Counted from the stretch's first letter, positions 16,561-26,137 are shown. The stretch is 33,585 nucleotides of DNA from Coriobacteriia bacterium (GCA_009781525.1 WQXZ01000001.1:1-33585); one strand, 5' to 3'. Translations and numbers: made by a program. The notes: generated by a model from the sequence alone, not told the origin.

Positions 16561-17580
16561 CTACCTGCTGGCAGCGATACCCCATTCGACAATCTGCGTA
16601 TAAAGCTCGCTATTCTGAATGCCTGAGAAGCGCGCTGCTTCTGGTAACAGGGAAGTCTTAGTCATGCCGGGAATCGTATTGGTTTCGATTATCCAGGCAG
16701 TCCCCAGTGCATCCACAATAAAGTCGCTCCTGGACATACCAGCACACCCCAGTGCGGTATGGGCGATTACTGCCTGGCTTTGCACGTGCGCCAACAGATC
16801 GGCTGGCAGTCGCGCCGGTATGATATGCTCCGACCCACCGTCAGAATATTTTGCTTCGTAATCGTAGAAGTCTGACACTACGGGAACTATCTCGATAACT
16901 GGCAGCGCAGTTGGAGCATCGTTGCCGATCACCGGAACAGTTACCTCGGTACCTGCGATAAAGCGCTCTACCAGCAAAACCTTGCTGACCTCGAATCCAC
17001 GATCCAGGGCAGCTGGCAACTCATCAATTTCACGCACTATCGATACACCGATCGAAGAGCCATCAGCAGCAGGCTTGATTACAACCGGAAGACCATAGCG
17101 CTCCACAAAGCTCTCAGCGGCTTTCAAGCCAGTCATACTTTGGGTAACAGACACGCAGTCTGGAGTATGAAGTCCAGCATGCCTAAAGAAAACCTTGCTG
17201 CGCTGTTTGTCCATAGCCAGAGCACTGGCTAGAACACCGCTACCCGTATAGGGAATTCCCAATAACTCAAGCAAGCCTTGGATCTTACCATCCTCACCGC
17301 CTTGGCCGTGCAGCGCTATGAACACGACATCCGGTTTCAGGTCGATGAGCTGAGAAACAAACGCGGGGTCAATCGGGTCGACCTCAATCACCTCGTGCCC
17401 AACAGCTCTGAGTGCCTCGGCAGAGTTCGCACCACTGGCGAGCGACACATCTCTTTCAGCAGAAAACCCCCCAGCTAATAAAACAATGCGACGCTCGGGG
17501 GTTGTTATCGGAAGAGTCAACGAGGTTTTATCCACATTTATTGACTCGTCTGGTTGGGTCTGGCTTAACTCTGCACTCAT
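16561..17580 (-). CDS. ddl: D-alanine--D-alanine ligase
   Basis: ATP-grasp Ddl motifs: RIVLLAGGFSAERDVSL, ALHGQGGEDGKIQGLLELLGIPYTGSGVLASALAMDK, EINTIPGMT-like ETNTIPGMTKTS. I chose the ATG at 17578-17580 (MSAELSQ...) because GGAG lies 7 nt upstream. The track ORF begins 12 nt earlier at a TTG. Confidence 0.93.
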   Translation of the reverse strand: MSAELSQTQPDESINVDKTSLTLPITTPERRIVLLAGGFSAERDVSLASGANSAEALRAVGHEVIEVDPIDPAFVSQLIDLKPDVVFIALHGQGGEDGKIQGLLELLGIPYTGSGVLASALAMDKQRSKVFFRHAGLHTPDCVSVTQSMTGLKAAESFVERYGLPVVIKPAADGSSIGVSIVREIDELPAALDRGFEVSKVLLVERFIAGTEVTVPVIGNDAPTALPVIEIVPVVSDFYDYEAKYSDGGSEHIIPARLPADLLAHVQSQAVIAHTALGCAGMSRSDFIVDALGTAWIIETNTIPGMTKTSLLPEAARFSGIQNSELYTQIVEWGIAASR

Positions 17581-17614
17581 TATTATCTCCAATGCTTTGC
17601 TTATGAATAATGTC

Positions 17615-17641
17615 TTGACCTTCTGCTGTCGATTCTAGAAT
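17615..17641 (+). promoter_or_regulatory. Candidate sigma-70-type promoter for rlmN
   Basis: TTGACC (17615-17620), 15 nt, TAGAAT (17636-17641), ~87 nt upstream of the rlmN ATG in the ddl/rlmN divergent gap. The spacer is short. Confidence 0.3.
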
Positions 17642-17727
17642 AAAGGCACTACAATGAAAAGCACCAAAATGCGGTTGTATGCCGACTGCTAACAAGGCTT
17701 CGGCTGAGGCAGCAACGACCAAGAAGG

Positions 17728-18831
17728 ATGTCGACAACAGTGACTAACAACAGTCAGCCAACAGGCAGAAATGCAACAAAGAGGGAGCAGCCAAGTATCG
17801 CAATTCCGGCGTCGGCTGGGATCAAGCGCTACGGAATCACAGCTTTGCAGGCTTTGATGGTGTCGCTTGGCCAGCCGACTTACCGCGCTGACCAGCTGAT
17901 TGAGTGGCTTTACGGACGCTCGGCTGAAAGCTACGATCAGATGACCAATCTTCCTGCCAGCTTGCGCGATCAGCTTGAGCAGCAGCAACCGATTGCCAGA
18001 CCGGAGGTAATCGATCGGCAGATTTCGTCCGACGGAACCAGGAAGTATCTGCTGCGGTATGCCGATGGCGCCAGGATCGAGGCGGTTGGTATTCCTGATC
18101 GCTCGCGTTTGACTGTTTGTTTTTCTACTCAGGTCGGCTGCAGCATGGGCTGTACATTCTGTGCTACTGGGCGCAACGGACTGGTTCGTCAGCTTGCTCC
18201 TGGCGAGATCGTCGACCAGTTGACCGTTGTTGCCAACGATTTCGGACAAAACGTGAATAGCGCTGTAGCCATGGGTGAAGGTGAGCCTTTTGCTAATTAT
18301 TCGGCGACACTTGACGCTTTGCGCCTGATCAACCACCCCAAATCATTGAACATCGGTGCTCGCCACCTGACTATTTCGACCTCGGGAGTCATCTCTGGCC
18401 TGATGGCTTTCGCGGCTGAACCTGAGCAGTTCAGACTGGCGGTTTCGCTACACTCGGCTCGCCAGCAAACACGCAATATGCTGATGCCGAGACTGACTGG
18501 ATACAGTATAAATGCCCTGCAGCAGACCTTGCTGAACTACAATCTGGCAGTTGGCCGTAGGGTGTCACTTGAATATATCCTGATCGATGAGGTCACAGAT
18601 ACAGACGCAGAAATCGCTGCTCTGATAGCTTTTTGCACAGAGCTGAACTGCCACATCAATTTAATTCCGGTCAATGCTGCTGGAGCCGATCCTGAGTTTT
18701 TCGTGCCGACTCCCCTATCGCGTGCGCGAGCAATTCGGAGCCGCTTGCTGTCAGCCGGAATCGCAACCTCCATCCGTCGCTCGCGTGGTGCTGACATCGC
18801 GTCAGCCTGCGGGCAGCTGGCTGGTAGTTAG
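17728..18831 (+). CDS. rlmN: 23S rRNA / tRNA (adenine-C2)-methyltransferase RlmN (radical SAM)
   Basis: 367-aa ORF. TQVGCSMGCTFCATG is the radical-SAM CxxxCxxC motif. Also MGEGEPFANY, ISTSG, SLHSA and INLIPVN, typical of RlmN/Cfr-family enzymes. It is the only credible plus-strand gene. Confidence 0.92.
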   Translation: MSTTVTNNSQPTGRNATKREQPSIAIPASAGIKRYGITALQALMVSLGQPTYRADQLIEWLYGRSAESYDQMTNLPASLRDQLEQQQPIARPEVIDRQISSDGTRKYLLRYADGARIEAVGIPDRSRLTVCFSTQVGCSMGCTFCATGRNGLVRQLAPGEIVDQLTVVANDFGQNVNSAVAMGEGEPFANYSATLDALRLINHPKSLNIGARHLTISTSGVISGLMAFAAEPEQFRLAVSLHSARQQTRNMLMPRLTGYSINALQQTLLNYNLAVGRRVSLEYILIDEVTDTDAEIAALIAFCTELNCHINLIPVNAAGADPEFFVPTPLSRARAIRSRLLSAGIATSIRRSRGADIASACGQLAGS

Positions 18832-18908
18832 GTGGGGTTAGGTAGCAGCGCTGTGCGCTGGGAGAACGGGTGCCGCTCGCTGCTCGCTGCTCGCTGATTC
18901 GGCCGCCC

Positions 18909-20630
18909 CTACACCTTGATCGCAGAGACTGCCGAGCAGAATCGATCAGCAAATCTGGATAAGGTCTCGGAGTCGTTATCGGAAAGGTGCACGTGCAAGA
19001 CACGTCGTCCACGTTCTGCGAGTGCAATGAAGTCTGCTTCGGCTTGGATCTTTGCCAGTGTGCCCAGGGTATAGCTGGTGTCTGGAATAGTAATGTCATC
19101 TATCTCGTCTGACGACAGAATCATGAACACGCCATTGTTAGGCCCGCCCTTGTGGAGCTGCCCGGTCGAGTGTAGATAGCGCGGTCCGATTTCAAGGCAT
19201 GAGACAACTCCAAGCCTTGCTGCCGTTCGGTTGCGCATTCTCTCAAGCGCTTCGCGGCGACCGTATCCTCTGAATGGTAGAAAAGCGTTCAGGCAGAAAT
19301 GATCTCCCGCCTTTAAAGATCCTAAGAGAACACGCAGTAGCTTGTCTAGGCTTGGCTCTTCTTCATCAGCTTCCTTTTCACCGATCAGGGTCTTCGATGC
19401 CCGTAGTTCATAAACATAGCTATCTTGTGGAGTGAACTCGACTATCTCGCTGCAGGAGTTATTATCCTCACCTGATAATAGCCGTTTGGCAATGGTTTTC
19501 GTCAGCTCGACATCAGGCTGGTCAAAGGGATATACATCCATCAGAATGCTCAGGAAAGCAGTTGCATACTCCCAGACAATGAATCGTGAAAATGCCTGAA
19601 TCGGGTCATCTATTGTCATGTGTAATTGCGGGGTTGATGGGTCGATATTGGCTATAGACTCGGCAAAACCATCAACCTCGCCCACCGCATAGGTGATCAC
19701 GCTTCGGTCGGAATGTGGGCTGGCTAAGATGCTGGCATCTACCTCGACATTCGGCAGTATACCGACACCATTCTTGCCAAGGGATTCGGCAACCATCTGT
19801 TCAATCCAGAGACCGAACACCTGCCCTGACGGTGGCATGACCAGTGAGAATTTATCGCGTCCACTGAGATACGCGGAGTAGATGAAACATGCCAACTGTA
19901 GTGCAGGGTTGTCGGGTGAATCCTTAACGCATTGTGCTTCGGTCTGAGCAGCTGCAGCTAGAACCTCGTCGACATCGATGCCGACTAATGCTGCAGGAAA
20001 CAGTGTGCTGACTGTCAGAGCGCTGAATCTTCCGCCGACATTTTGCTCAGCAGGAACGATCAGTCGATAGTTGCGTGCTGCTGCGTGTTCAGCCAACTCC
20101 GAACCAGGTTCGGTGATCGCAACGAATCGTGAAGCTGCTTTCTGACTACCCAGGTGAGCTGCTGCGTAGCGCCAAGCGACTCGCTCCAGCATCAGTGGCT
20201 CGATTGTTGACCCGGATTTGCTTGACACTATGTAGACGGTTTTTGCTGGATCTGAAGAACCCAAGATGTGACTGACAAATACTGGTGACAGCGAGTCCAT
20301 AGTGCGAAAAGCTACAGGTTGTTGGGCGGCATTGGCGACTTCGTTCAGTTTGGTGATAGTCATTGCCGCTTGGGATGAGCCGCCTTGACCGATCAGGATC
20401 ACTGCCTCAATACCCTCAGATGTGAACTCTGAGGCCAGTTGCATGATGTCTTTCAGAGGCATTGGTGGGTTAGAAGCCAGTCTGACCCAGCCGAGATTGC
20501 TTTTTACATGCTCAATGATCTTGATATCGCCTGCGAACAGCGTCGGATCGGCAGAGCCTAGACGAGAAGCTGCCTTCAGCGACAATAGTCGTTGAAGGCA
20601 GTCGTCACCGTATTGATAATCGCTACTCAT
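18909..20630 (-). CDS. pgi: Glucose-6-phosphate isomerase (SIS-domain PGI family)
   Basis: VILIGQGGSSQA, VSSKSGSTIEP, GGRFSALT, AESLGK and IGPRYLHSTGQLHKGGP motifs. Start set at ATG 20628-20630 (MSSDYQYGDD...). The longer track ORF (to 20858) would overlap the rplQ tail in another frame and encodes only low-complexity K/R/T/P sequence. Confidence 0.8.
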   Translation of the reverse strand: MSSDYQYGDDCLQRLLSLKAASRLGSADPTLFAGDIKIIEHVKSNLGWVRLASNPPMPLKDIMQLASEFTSEGIEAVILIGQGGSSQAAMTITKLNEVANAAQQPVAFRTMDSLSPVFVSHILGSSDPAKTVYIVSSKSGSTIEPLMLERVAWRYAAAHLGSQKAASRFVAITEPGSELAEHAAARNYRLIVPAEQNVGGRFSALTVSTLFPAALVGIDVDEVLAAAAQTEAQCVKDSPDNPALQLACFIYSAYLSGRDKFSLVMPPSGQVFGLWIEQMVAESLGKNGVGILPNVEVDASILASPHSDRSVITYAVGEVDGFAESIANIDPSTPQLHMTIDDPIQAFSRFIVWEYATAFLSILMDVYPFDQPDVELTKTIAKRLLSGEDNNSCSEIVEFTPQDSYVYELRASKTLIGEKEADEEEPSLDKLLRVLLGSLKAGDHFCLNAFLPFRGYGRREALERMRNRTAARLGVVSCLEIGPRYLHSTGQLHKGGPNNGVFMILSSDEIDDITIPDTSYTLGTLAKIQAEADFIALAERGRRVLHVHLSDNDSETLSRFADRFCSAVSAIKV

Positions 20631-20652
20631 TGCTGCGAATCGGTTGTTAGTG

Positions 20653-21459
20653 CTAGTCGTCCTCTTGCTCGACGTCATCTGAAGCGGCATCTTCATCGCC
20701 TTCAGCTGCATCTGCTTCGGCTGGCTCGGCCGCTTCGTCCTCGACGGCGTCGTCAGCAGCTTCGGCTGCGTCGTCATCGACGGCGTCGTCCTCTGCCGCT
20801 TCGGCTGCGTCGTCCTCGACGGCGTCGGCTTCGTCCTCGGCAACCTCGCCCTCTTCATCCGCTACAGCTTCTGAGTCATCGCTTTCATCGACTTCATCAG
20901 CTGACTCGTCGTCGGAAACGTCTTCGTCGTCGATGTCATCTTCGAACTCGTCAAAGTCTTCGTCGTCGAAGATGTCTTCGTCGTCGGAAACGTCCACATC
21001 GTCACTGGCAGCGGCTCTATTCCTGCGGCCAAGACCTCTTAGCCCTCTTCGAGTAGATGTGGACTCCGAATCATCCTCATCGCGTCTTTTCGGAGAAACC
21101 GGCTCTTGCACCAGTTCCATGATTACTACGATAGCATCATCACCGCGACGCTTGCCGATTTTAAAGATTCTTGTATATCCGCCATTACGGCCTTCAAACA
21201 GCCCCTGCTCGACCTTGGCAAAAATCTCGGCAACCAGATCCTTATCGCCTAACTTAGCAATCGCTAGACGGCGAGAGTGTACGTCTCCACGTTTTGCCCA
21301 GGTAATCACACGGTCAACGTCGCCTCGAATCTCTTTGGCGCGCTCAAGGGTTGTTTTTATGCGGTCGTGTGTAAAAAGCGCAACAACCAGATTCTTCTTG
21401 ATGGCCTTTGTGTGGCTGGCATCAGTGCCCAGCTTACGGCCACGCTTATAATGTCTCAT
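20653..21459 (-). CDS. rplQ: 50S ribosomal protein L17 with a ~140-aa Asp/Glu/Ala-rich C-terminal extension
   Basis: MRHYKRGRKLGTDASHTKAIKKNLVVALFTHDRIKTTLERAKEIRGDVDRVITWAKRGD...GGYTRIFKIGKRRGD is canonical L17. After about aa 125 the sequence is acidic low complexity up to the stop. Confidence 0.93.
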   Translation of the reverse strand: MRHYKRGRKLGTDASHTKAIKKNLVVALFTHDRIKTTLERAKEIRGDVDRVITWAKRGDVHSRRLAIAKLGDKDLVAEIFAKVEQGLFEGRNGGYTRIFKIGKRRGDDAIVVIMELVQEPVSPKRRDEDDSESTSTRRGLRGLGRRNRAAASDDVDVSDDEDIFDDEDFDEFEDDIDDEDVSDDESADEVDESDDSEAVADEEGEVAEDEADAVEDDAAEAAEDDAVDDDAAEAADDAVEDEAAEPAEADAAEGDEDAASDDVEQEDD

Positions 21460-21473
21460 TTGTCAGGCTCCTG

Positions 21474-22427
21474 TTATTGTTTTAGATCCAGCCCCATCGA
21501 AAGAAGTTTTTCTTTGACTTCCTCAATCGACTTCTGGCCGAAGTTACGGATGTTTAGCAGGTCGTTTTCAGAAAAATCGACCAATTGTCGCACCGAATGG
21601 ATATTTGCGCGTTTCAAACAGTTGTACGAGCGCACTGACAGGTCAAGATCCTCAACCAGCTTGTCAAGATCGCTGTTGCCTTGCGAGTCTTCCGACAAGA
21701 AAATCGGAGTGCTTTCGCTCTTTTCACTACCGGCAGCCAGCATTGAGAACGCATCCATATGCTGATTGATGATGTCGGCTGAACGTACAACAGCCTCCTG
21801 CGGTGAAATAGACCCGTTTGTCTCCACCTCTAGAATCAACTTGTCATAGTCGGTCCTCTGACCAACACGATAGTCTTCTACAGCCAGGGTGCAGCGGCGG
21901 ACAGGTGAGTAGAGGGAGTCTACTGGTACCAATCCGATCGGATCGTCTGCGCTCTTGTTTTGCTCGGCGGTAATATATCCGCGGCCGACACCGATGTTGA
22001 TCTCAAGCTCAAGATGGCCACCTTCAGCCAGATTGGCAATCACGTGGTCACTATTGATCAGAGTGAACTCGGTCGGTACATGCAGGCTTCCGCCGGTGAC
22101 TACAGTCGGGCCGGTAGCTGAGACCGTAGCAACAGCCTCTTGTCTGACCCCTTCATCATCTCCGATGTGCGTGAAAACCAGACCCTTGATATTCAAGACA
22201 ATATCTGTCAGATCCTCGATAACACCTTCCAGGGATGAGAACTCGTGCAAAGCACTTTCAACTTTTATGGCCGTGGGAGCCGACCCCTCCAGTGATGAAA
22301 GCAGCACACGGCGCATGCTGTTTCCCAGCGTATGTCCATAGCCGCGTTCAAGCGGCCCGACCTCAAAACGCCCTAAATTGTCGCTGATACGCTCGTAAGT
22401 GACTTCAGGTCGAATGAAATTGGTCAT
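21474..22427 (-). CDS. rpoA: DNA-directed RNA polymerase subunit alpha
   Basis: MTNFIRPEV...FEVGPLERGYGHTLGNSMRRVLLSSLEG...RSYNCLKRANIHSVRQLV. AAGGAG SD ends 7 nt before the ATG at 22425-22427. The 50 extra N-terminal residues in the track ORF overlap rpsD and were rejected. Confidence 0.95.
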   Translation of the reverse strand: MTNFIRPEVTYERISDNLGRFEVGPLERGYGHTLGNSMRRVLLSSLEGSAPTAIKVESALHEFSSLEGVIEDLTDIVLNIKGLVFTHIGDDEGVRQEAVATVSATGPTVVTGGSLHVPTEFTLINSDHVIANLAEGGHLELEINIGVGRGYITAEQNKSADDPIGLVPVDSLYSPVRRCTLAVEDYRVGQRTDYDKLILEVETNGSISPQEAVVRSADIINQHMDAFSMLAAGSEKSESTPIFLSEDSQGNSDLDKLVEDLDLSVRSYNCLKRANIHSVRQLVDFSENDLLNIRNFGQKSIEEVKEKLLSMGLDLKQ

Positions 22428-22462
22428 CGCATTGCTCCTTAATCGCAGGTTCGAGTATCTAC

Positions 22463-23089
22463 TTATTTGGAGTAGAGCTCGACGATCAGCTGCTCGCGGA
22501 TATCCATATCGATCTGGTCGCGGGAAGGCAGGCCTAGAACCGAGCCTTGCAACTTGTCGATATCCACCTCGAGCCACTGAGGTACTTCTGTCTTCTCATT
22601 TGATATCAATGCCGACTTGATAACCAAAAGATCGCGAGCCTTGGGTGCAATAGCAACCAGGTCGCCTTCTTTAACCCTGAATGACGGGATGTCTACCCTG
22701 CGACCATTGACATGCACGTGCCCGTGCCGCACCTGTTGGCGCGCTTCAGCACGGGACTTGGCAAAGCCCAGTCTATAGACAACATTATCAAGGCGAGTCT
22801 CAAGCAGACGCAACAGGTTGTCGCCTGTAACGCCTTGCTGACGGTTAGCCAAGTCGTAATATCCACGGAACTGCTTTTCAAGCAAGCCATAGATACGCTT
22901 GGTCTTCTGCTTCTCACGAAGCTGAATGCGATATTCGCTCTCACGCGGACGCTTGCGCCCGGCATCTCCAGGAGGAAAGCTTCTGCGCTCGAATGCGCAC
23001 TTATCGGTGTAGCAGCGGTCACCCTTCAGAAAGAGCTTTGCTCCTTCACGGCGACAGAGCCTGCAGTCTGGTCCTGTATATCTTGCCAT
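22463..23089 (-). CDS. rpsD: 30S ribosomal protein S4
   Basis: [36 protein letters not shown]... is a canonical S4 N-terminus and S4 RNA-binding domain. Confidence 0.96.
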   Translation of the reverse strand: MARYTGPDCRLCRREGAKLFLKGDRCYTDKCAFERRSFPPGDAGRKRPRESEYRIQLREKQKTKRIYGLLEKQFRGYYDLANRQQGVTGDNLLRLLETRLDNVVYRLGFAKSRAEARQQVRHGHVHVNGRRVDIPSFRVKEGDLVAIAPKARDLLVIKSALISNEKTEVPQWLEVDIDKLQGSVLGLPSRDQIDMDIREQLIVELYSK

Positions 23090-23106
23090 GTCATGATTCC
23101 TTTCGC

Positions 23107-23505
23107 CTAAACACGTCTGCGCTTGCGCGGACGAACCCCGTTATGTGGGATGGGCGTGCAATCCTGGATACTGGCTATCTCAAGACCAGCTGCCTGCAGA
23201 GTACGAAAAGCAGTATCTCTGCCTGAGCCGGGGCCTTTGATAAATACAGCAACCCTGCGTAGGCCATGCTCCATTGCAATCTTGGCAGCAGCCTCAGCAG
23301 CCATTTGCGCTGCGTATGGTGTTGACTTGCGAGAGCCTTTAAACCCAACAGTGCCAGCACTCTGCCATGTAATGACATTACCGGCGGGGTCGGTAATCGA
23401 GATTATTGTGTTATTAAAAGTTGATTTGATATGAGCCGCACCTACAGAGATATTCTTACGTTCTGAGCGCTTGATGCGGGTTCTTGACTGTTTTCTTGCA
23501 GCCAT
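23107..23505 (-). CDS. rpsK: 30S ribosomal protein S11
   Basis: ...[46 protein letters not shown]...[16 protein letters not shown]. The ATG overlaps the rpsM stop (TAATG). Confidence 0.96.
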   Translation of the reverse strand: MAARKQSRTRIKRSERKNISVGAAHIKSTFNNTIISITDPAGNVITWQSAGTVGFKGSRKSTPYAAQMAAEAAAKIAMEHGLRRVAVFIKGPGSGRDTAFRTLQAAGLEIASIQDCTPIPHNGVRPRKRRRV

Positions 23506-23873
23506 TACTTCTTCTTGCCTCCGATCTGCTTACGGGGGCCTTTACGGGTTCTAGCATTGGTGTGGGTGCGCTGACCGCGTACCGGTAAGCCGCGACGATG
23601 GCGTAAGCCCCGATATGAACCGATTTCCATTAGTCGTTTGACATTTTGTGAAACCTCGCGGCGTAAGTCTCCCTCGACTTGAAGATTCTTGTCGATGTAG
23701 TCACGCAAAGCGACCTCTTCTGCTTCAGAAAGGTCTCTAACGCGAGTATCTGGGTCAATCCCAGTTGCCTGTAAGATTTTGGTAGAGGTGGTCAATCCAA
23801 TACCGTAAATGTAGGTGAGTCCGATCTCAACTCGCTTTTCACGCGGAAGATCGACTCCAGCGATACGTGCCAC
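23505..23873 (-). CDS. rpsM: 30S ribosomal protein S13
   Basis: [26 protein letters not shown]...[29 protein letters not shown]. Confidence 0.96.
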   Translation of the reverse strand: MARIAGVDLPREKRVEIGLTYIYGIGLTTSTKILQATGIDPDTRVRDLSEAEEVALRDYIDKNLQVEGDLRREVSQNVKRLMEIGSYRGLRHRRGLPVRGQRTHTNARTRKGPRKQIGGKKK

Positions 23874-23885
23874 TTGTTATCCTCC

Positions 23886-23999
23886 TTAACCCTGGCGCTG
23901 CTTGTGTCTTGGGTTCTCGCAAATCACCAGAACCCGCCCGTGGCGCCGAATAATCTTGCACTTGTCGCACATCTTTTTGACCGAAGGGCGAACCTTCAT
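23886..23999 (-). CDS. rpmJ: 50S ribosomal protein L36
   Basis: [37 protein letters not shown] (37 aa) from ATG 23997-23999. The upstream 23 codons of the track ORF were rejected. Confidence 0.93.
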   Translation of the reverse strand: MKVRPSVKKMCDKCKIIRRHGRVLVICENPRHKQRQG

Positions 24000-24113
24000 T
24001 TCTGTCCTTTCAGTTGTGGTTTCTTCCTCTATCTTACACGCCGCAGCCGCAAGCGCTGGTTTGCTCAAAACGACTCGTAAACGAGCCGCTTGTTCTGCCG
24101 TGTAACCTGCTTC

Positions 24114-24332
24114 TCACTTGAAGCGATAAGTTATCCGGCCACGATTTAGATCGTATGGAGACAGTTCAACAGTTACCTTATCACCAGGTAAAATACGAAT
24201 ATAGTGCATTCTCATTTTGCCTGAAATGTGCGCGAGAACCCTATGCCCGTTACCAAGCTCAACCCAAAACTGAGCATTCGGTAACGGCTCAAGGACTGTA
24301 CCTTCCATCTCAATGGCGTTTTCTTTAGCCAA
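24114..24332 (-). CDS. infA: Translation initiation factor IF-1
   Basis: (M)[75 protein letters not shown] start at 24330-24332 gives the canonical 72-aa length. ATG codons at 24350 and 24356 are alternatives, so the start is uncertain. Confidence 0.88.
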   Translation of the reverse strand: MAKENAIEMEGTVLEPLPNAQFWVELGNGHRVLAHISGKMRMHYIRILPGDKVTVELSPYDLNRGRITYRFK

Positions 24333-24358
24333 AAAACCGCTTTCTCTCATAAACATGT

Positions 24359-24383
24359 AAAAACAGTCGTTTCCAAAAACGAC
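24359..24383 (-). terminator. Short hairpin plus T-run just upstream of infA (weak terminator or attenuator candidate)
   Basis: Minus strand reads GTCGTTT-TTGG-AAACGAC followed by TGTTTTT. The stem is 7 bp and AT-rich, lying between the ferredoxin-like gene and infA. Confidence 0.25.
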
Positions 24384-24582
24384 AAACGGTTATGATACAG
24401 CAGCCTGTCAGCCGTTTCAAGTGCCGTTATACAAAACATTGGGCAACAAGCTGCGTTAATGCAGGCTAAGCGCAGCTTTTCATAGTCAAAATGGCAAAAC
24501 TGGCTTTACCTGCGTTAATTCAGCTCCCGATCACATCTGTTGCGTTAGTCACATCAGCTCTGGTTTATACACTTGCTGCGTC

Positions 24583-25059
24583 TTACAGGTTGCTCAACAA
24601 CAGCTCCACTGCCTGATGTGGAAAGTCTTCCGAAGCTTCCTGTTGCACTGCTTCTAACAGTTTCCTGGCCTGCTGGCTTTGCGGCAACAGGTATCCTGCT
24701 TCACGAAGAACATCTTCAGCCATTAATCGGCATGACCTGGCGATTGCTTGAGCAAATTGCTTTTCTATGTCGCTTTCTGTTGAATTGGTGACGGCGTCTG
24801 CCAACTGTTGTTGTTTGAGCTTGTTGGATGCAAGCAAGAACTGAGCAGCAACCACATCCTCTGCCTTTGCCTGCTGAGTCGGATACTTATTGGGAATCAT
24901 CGAAATCGCCCCAGAGATGCAGGCTTTTACACAAGCCATGCACTCAATGCACTTATCCACATCAATAATACTATTCTCAGTGTCAGTCGCTCCTGTTGGG
25001 CAGACGTACAGGCAAAGACAATCCTTACCGCATAGGCGGATGTTTCGAAAAGCTGGCAT
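24583..25059 (-). CDS. 4Fe-4S ferredoxin-like domain protein with a helical C-terminal extension
   Basis: MPAFRNIRLCGKDCLCLYVCPTG...DVDKCIECMACVKACISGAI contains eight Cys in two cluster-like motifs, followed by ~95 aa of helical sequence. The ATG at 25057-25059 lies 2 nt after the upstream gene's TAA, which implies translational coupling. The 16 extra residues in the track ORF were rejected. Confidence 0.75.
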   Translation of the reverse strand: MPAFRNIRLCGKDCLCLYVCPTGATDTENSIIDVDKCIECMACVKACISGAISMIPNKYPTQQAKAEDVVAAQFLLASNKLKQQQLADAVTNSTESDIEKQFAQAIARSCRLMAEDVLREAGYLLPQSQQARKLLEAVQQEASEDFPHQAVELLLSNL

Positions 25060-25061
25060 GC

Positions 25062-25805
25062 TTAGCTCCTTTCTACTTCTGTGATCTTGAAACTCGGCAC
25101 CTTGCATACCGGGCAGAGCTCGGGAGCCGAATTGCCAATGTGAATGTATCCGCAGATCTCGCAGACAAAGACTTTGGTGTCTCGCAGCATCGCTTCACCA
25201 TCGGCTGCATACAAGTCAAGCAGGGACTTCATAACCAGACTGACCTTCTCGCTCCAAACCAGGGAGCGCAGTGCCCCTCTGTCTGCTTCAGCTTCTGCAG
25301 CAGTTCTGGCAGTCGGTAATCCGCTTGAGATGTCTGTGTCTAATAGCGATTGGATGTCACTCAGGTTAGCATCCGATTCATCTTTGGCTTTCTGCCAGAA
25401 ATAGTCTGCCAGTTGATTGAAGGCATCCATCTCTGCCAGCTTGCGTTGCTTCTCACATCCTTTTGCCAGATTGGAGAAAACCGCCGAGATCTCTGCTGCT
25501 GACAGTTCCCTGTGGTTGGGAAGCGTTGTAGACTCTGGTTTTGCAGAAATCGATTCAGCAGGCTGCGCTGGCTGGGTTACTTGCGTCGACTCAGCAGGCT
25601 GCGCTGGCTGGGTTGCTTGCGTCGGCTGCCAAAGAGTCTGGCTGTCTTGAACCGGCTGAAACATTCGCTTGGCTGCTCGACAGATCGGACAGGCAAAGTC
25701 TTCAGCAATGTCTGCCCAGAGCGTTCCTGGAGCAACATCTCTATCAGGAATACCTCGCGCCTCATCATAAACAAAGCCACAAATTGAGCAACGATACTTT
25801 TGCAT
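25062..25805 (-). CDS. Rubredoxin-linker-helical domain-rubredoxin-like fusion protein (rubrerythrin-like layout, but no ExxH diiron motifs are visible)
   Basis: Start at ATG 25803-25805 (MQKYRCSICGFVYDE...FACPICRAAKRMF is a canonical rubredoxin), with GGGGAG 9 nt upstream. The Gln/Pro/Thr/Ala linker is encoded by a 36-bp tandem repeat at 25555-25626. The C-terminus VFVCEICGYIHIGNSAPELCPVCKVPSFKITE matches the rubrerythrin-type Cys4 domain. The 87 N-terminal residues of the track ORF were rejected. Confidence 0.75.
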   Translation of the reverse strand: MQKYRCSICGFVYDEARGIPDRDVAPGTLWADIAEDFACPICRAAKRMFQPVQDSQTLWQPTQATQPAQPAESTQVTQPAQPAESISAKPESTTLPNHRELSAAEISAVFSNLAKGCEKQRKLAEMDAFNQLADYFWQKAKDESDANLSDIQSLLDTDISSGLPTARTAAEAEADRGALRSLVWSEKVSLVMKSLLDLYAADGEAMLRDTKVFVCEICGYIHIGNSAPELCPVCKVPSFKITEVERS

Positions 25806-26008
25806 ACTACTCATCTCCCCACTACATCGAAAACCTATCAGGCTCACTGGTGTGAACTGCGCATTAGTATACTCCTCTCCACTCTGCCTGTGACCTATGC
25901 TGGTGTTCCGAGTGTCTGATATATACCCTGTTAACCATATGCTGCATAATCTGTGCCAGTAAACGTATAGATTTCTGGCACATGGGTATCGCATATATCG
26001 CGCAGACT

Positions 26009-26032
26009 TCGCAAACCTGCTCGCAAACCTGC
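26009..26032. repeat. Perfect 12-bp tandem duplication (TCGCAAACCTGC x2) ~200 nt upstream of the rubredoxin-fusion gene
   Basis: 26009-26020 and 26021-26032 are identical. Lies in the intergenic region between tRNA-Ala and the rubredoxin operon. Confidence 0.7.
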
Positions 26033-26137
26033 CTGATTGCATAGCTCCCAAAAAACTAGGTGGCAAGTTCTTAAGACAGGTTTTGGGGCGGCTGCAGACA
26101 TAGCCGGGGTGTTAGCGATTTTCGCCCCAATAATGCA

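Noticed and set aside
17689-18336. 215-aa minus-strand ORF
   Set aside because: It lies entirely antisense to the well-supported rlmN gene, and I recognise no domain in it.
20592-21056. 154-aa Arg-rich plus-strand ORF, and the 76-residue N-terminal extension of the pgi ORF (20631-20858)
   Set aside because: Both are alternative-frame readings of the GA-rich DNA encoding the acidic L17 tail. They are low complexity, and the pgi homology begins only at the ATG at 20630.
22428-22577. N-terminal extensions of the track ORFs for rpoA, rpmJ (24000-24068), purA (32867-32923), the ferredoxin-like gene (25060-25107) and the rubredoxin fusion (25806-26066)
   Set aside because: Homology to the known families begins at internal Met codons that have good SD sequences. 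The extensions overlap upstream genes or are non-homologous.
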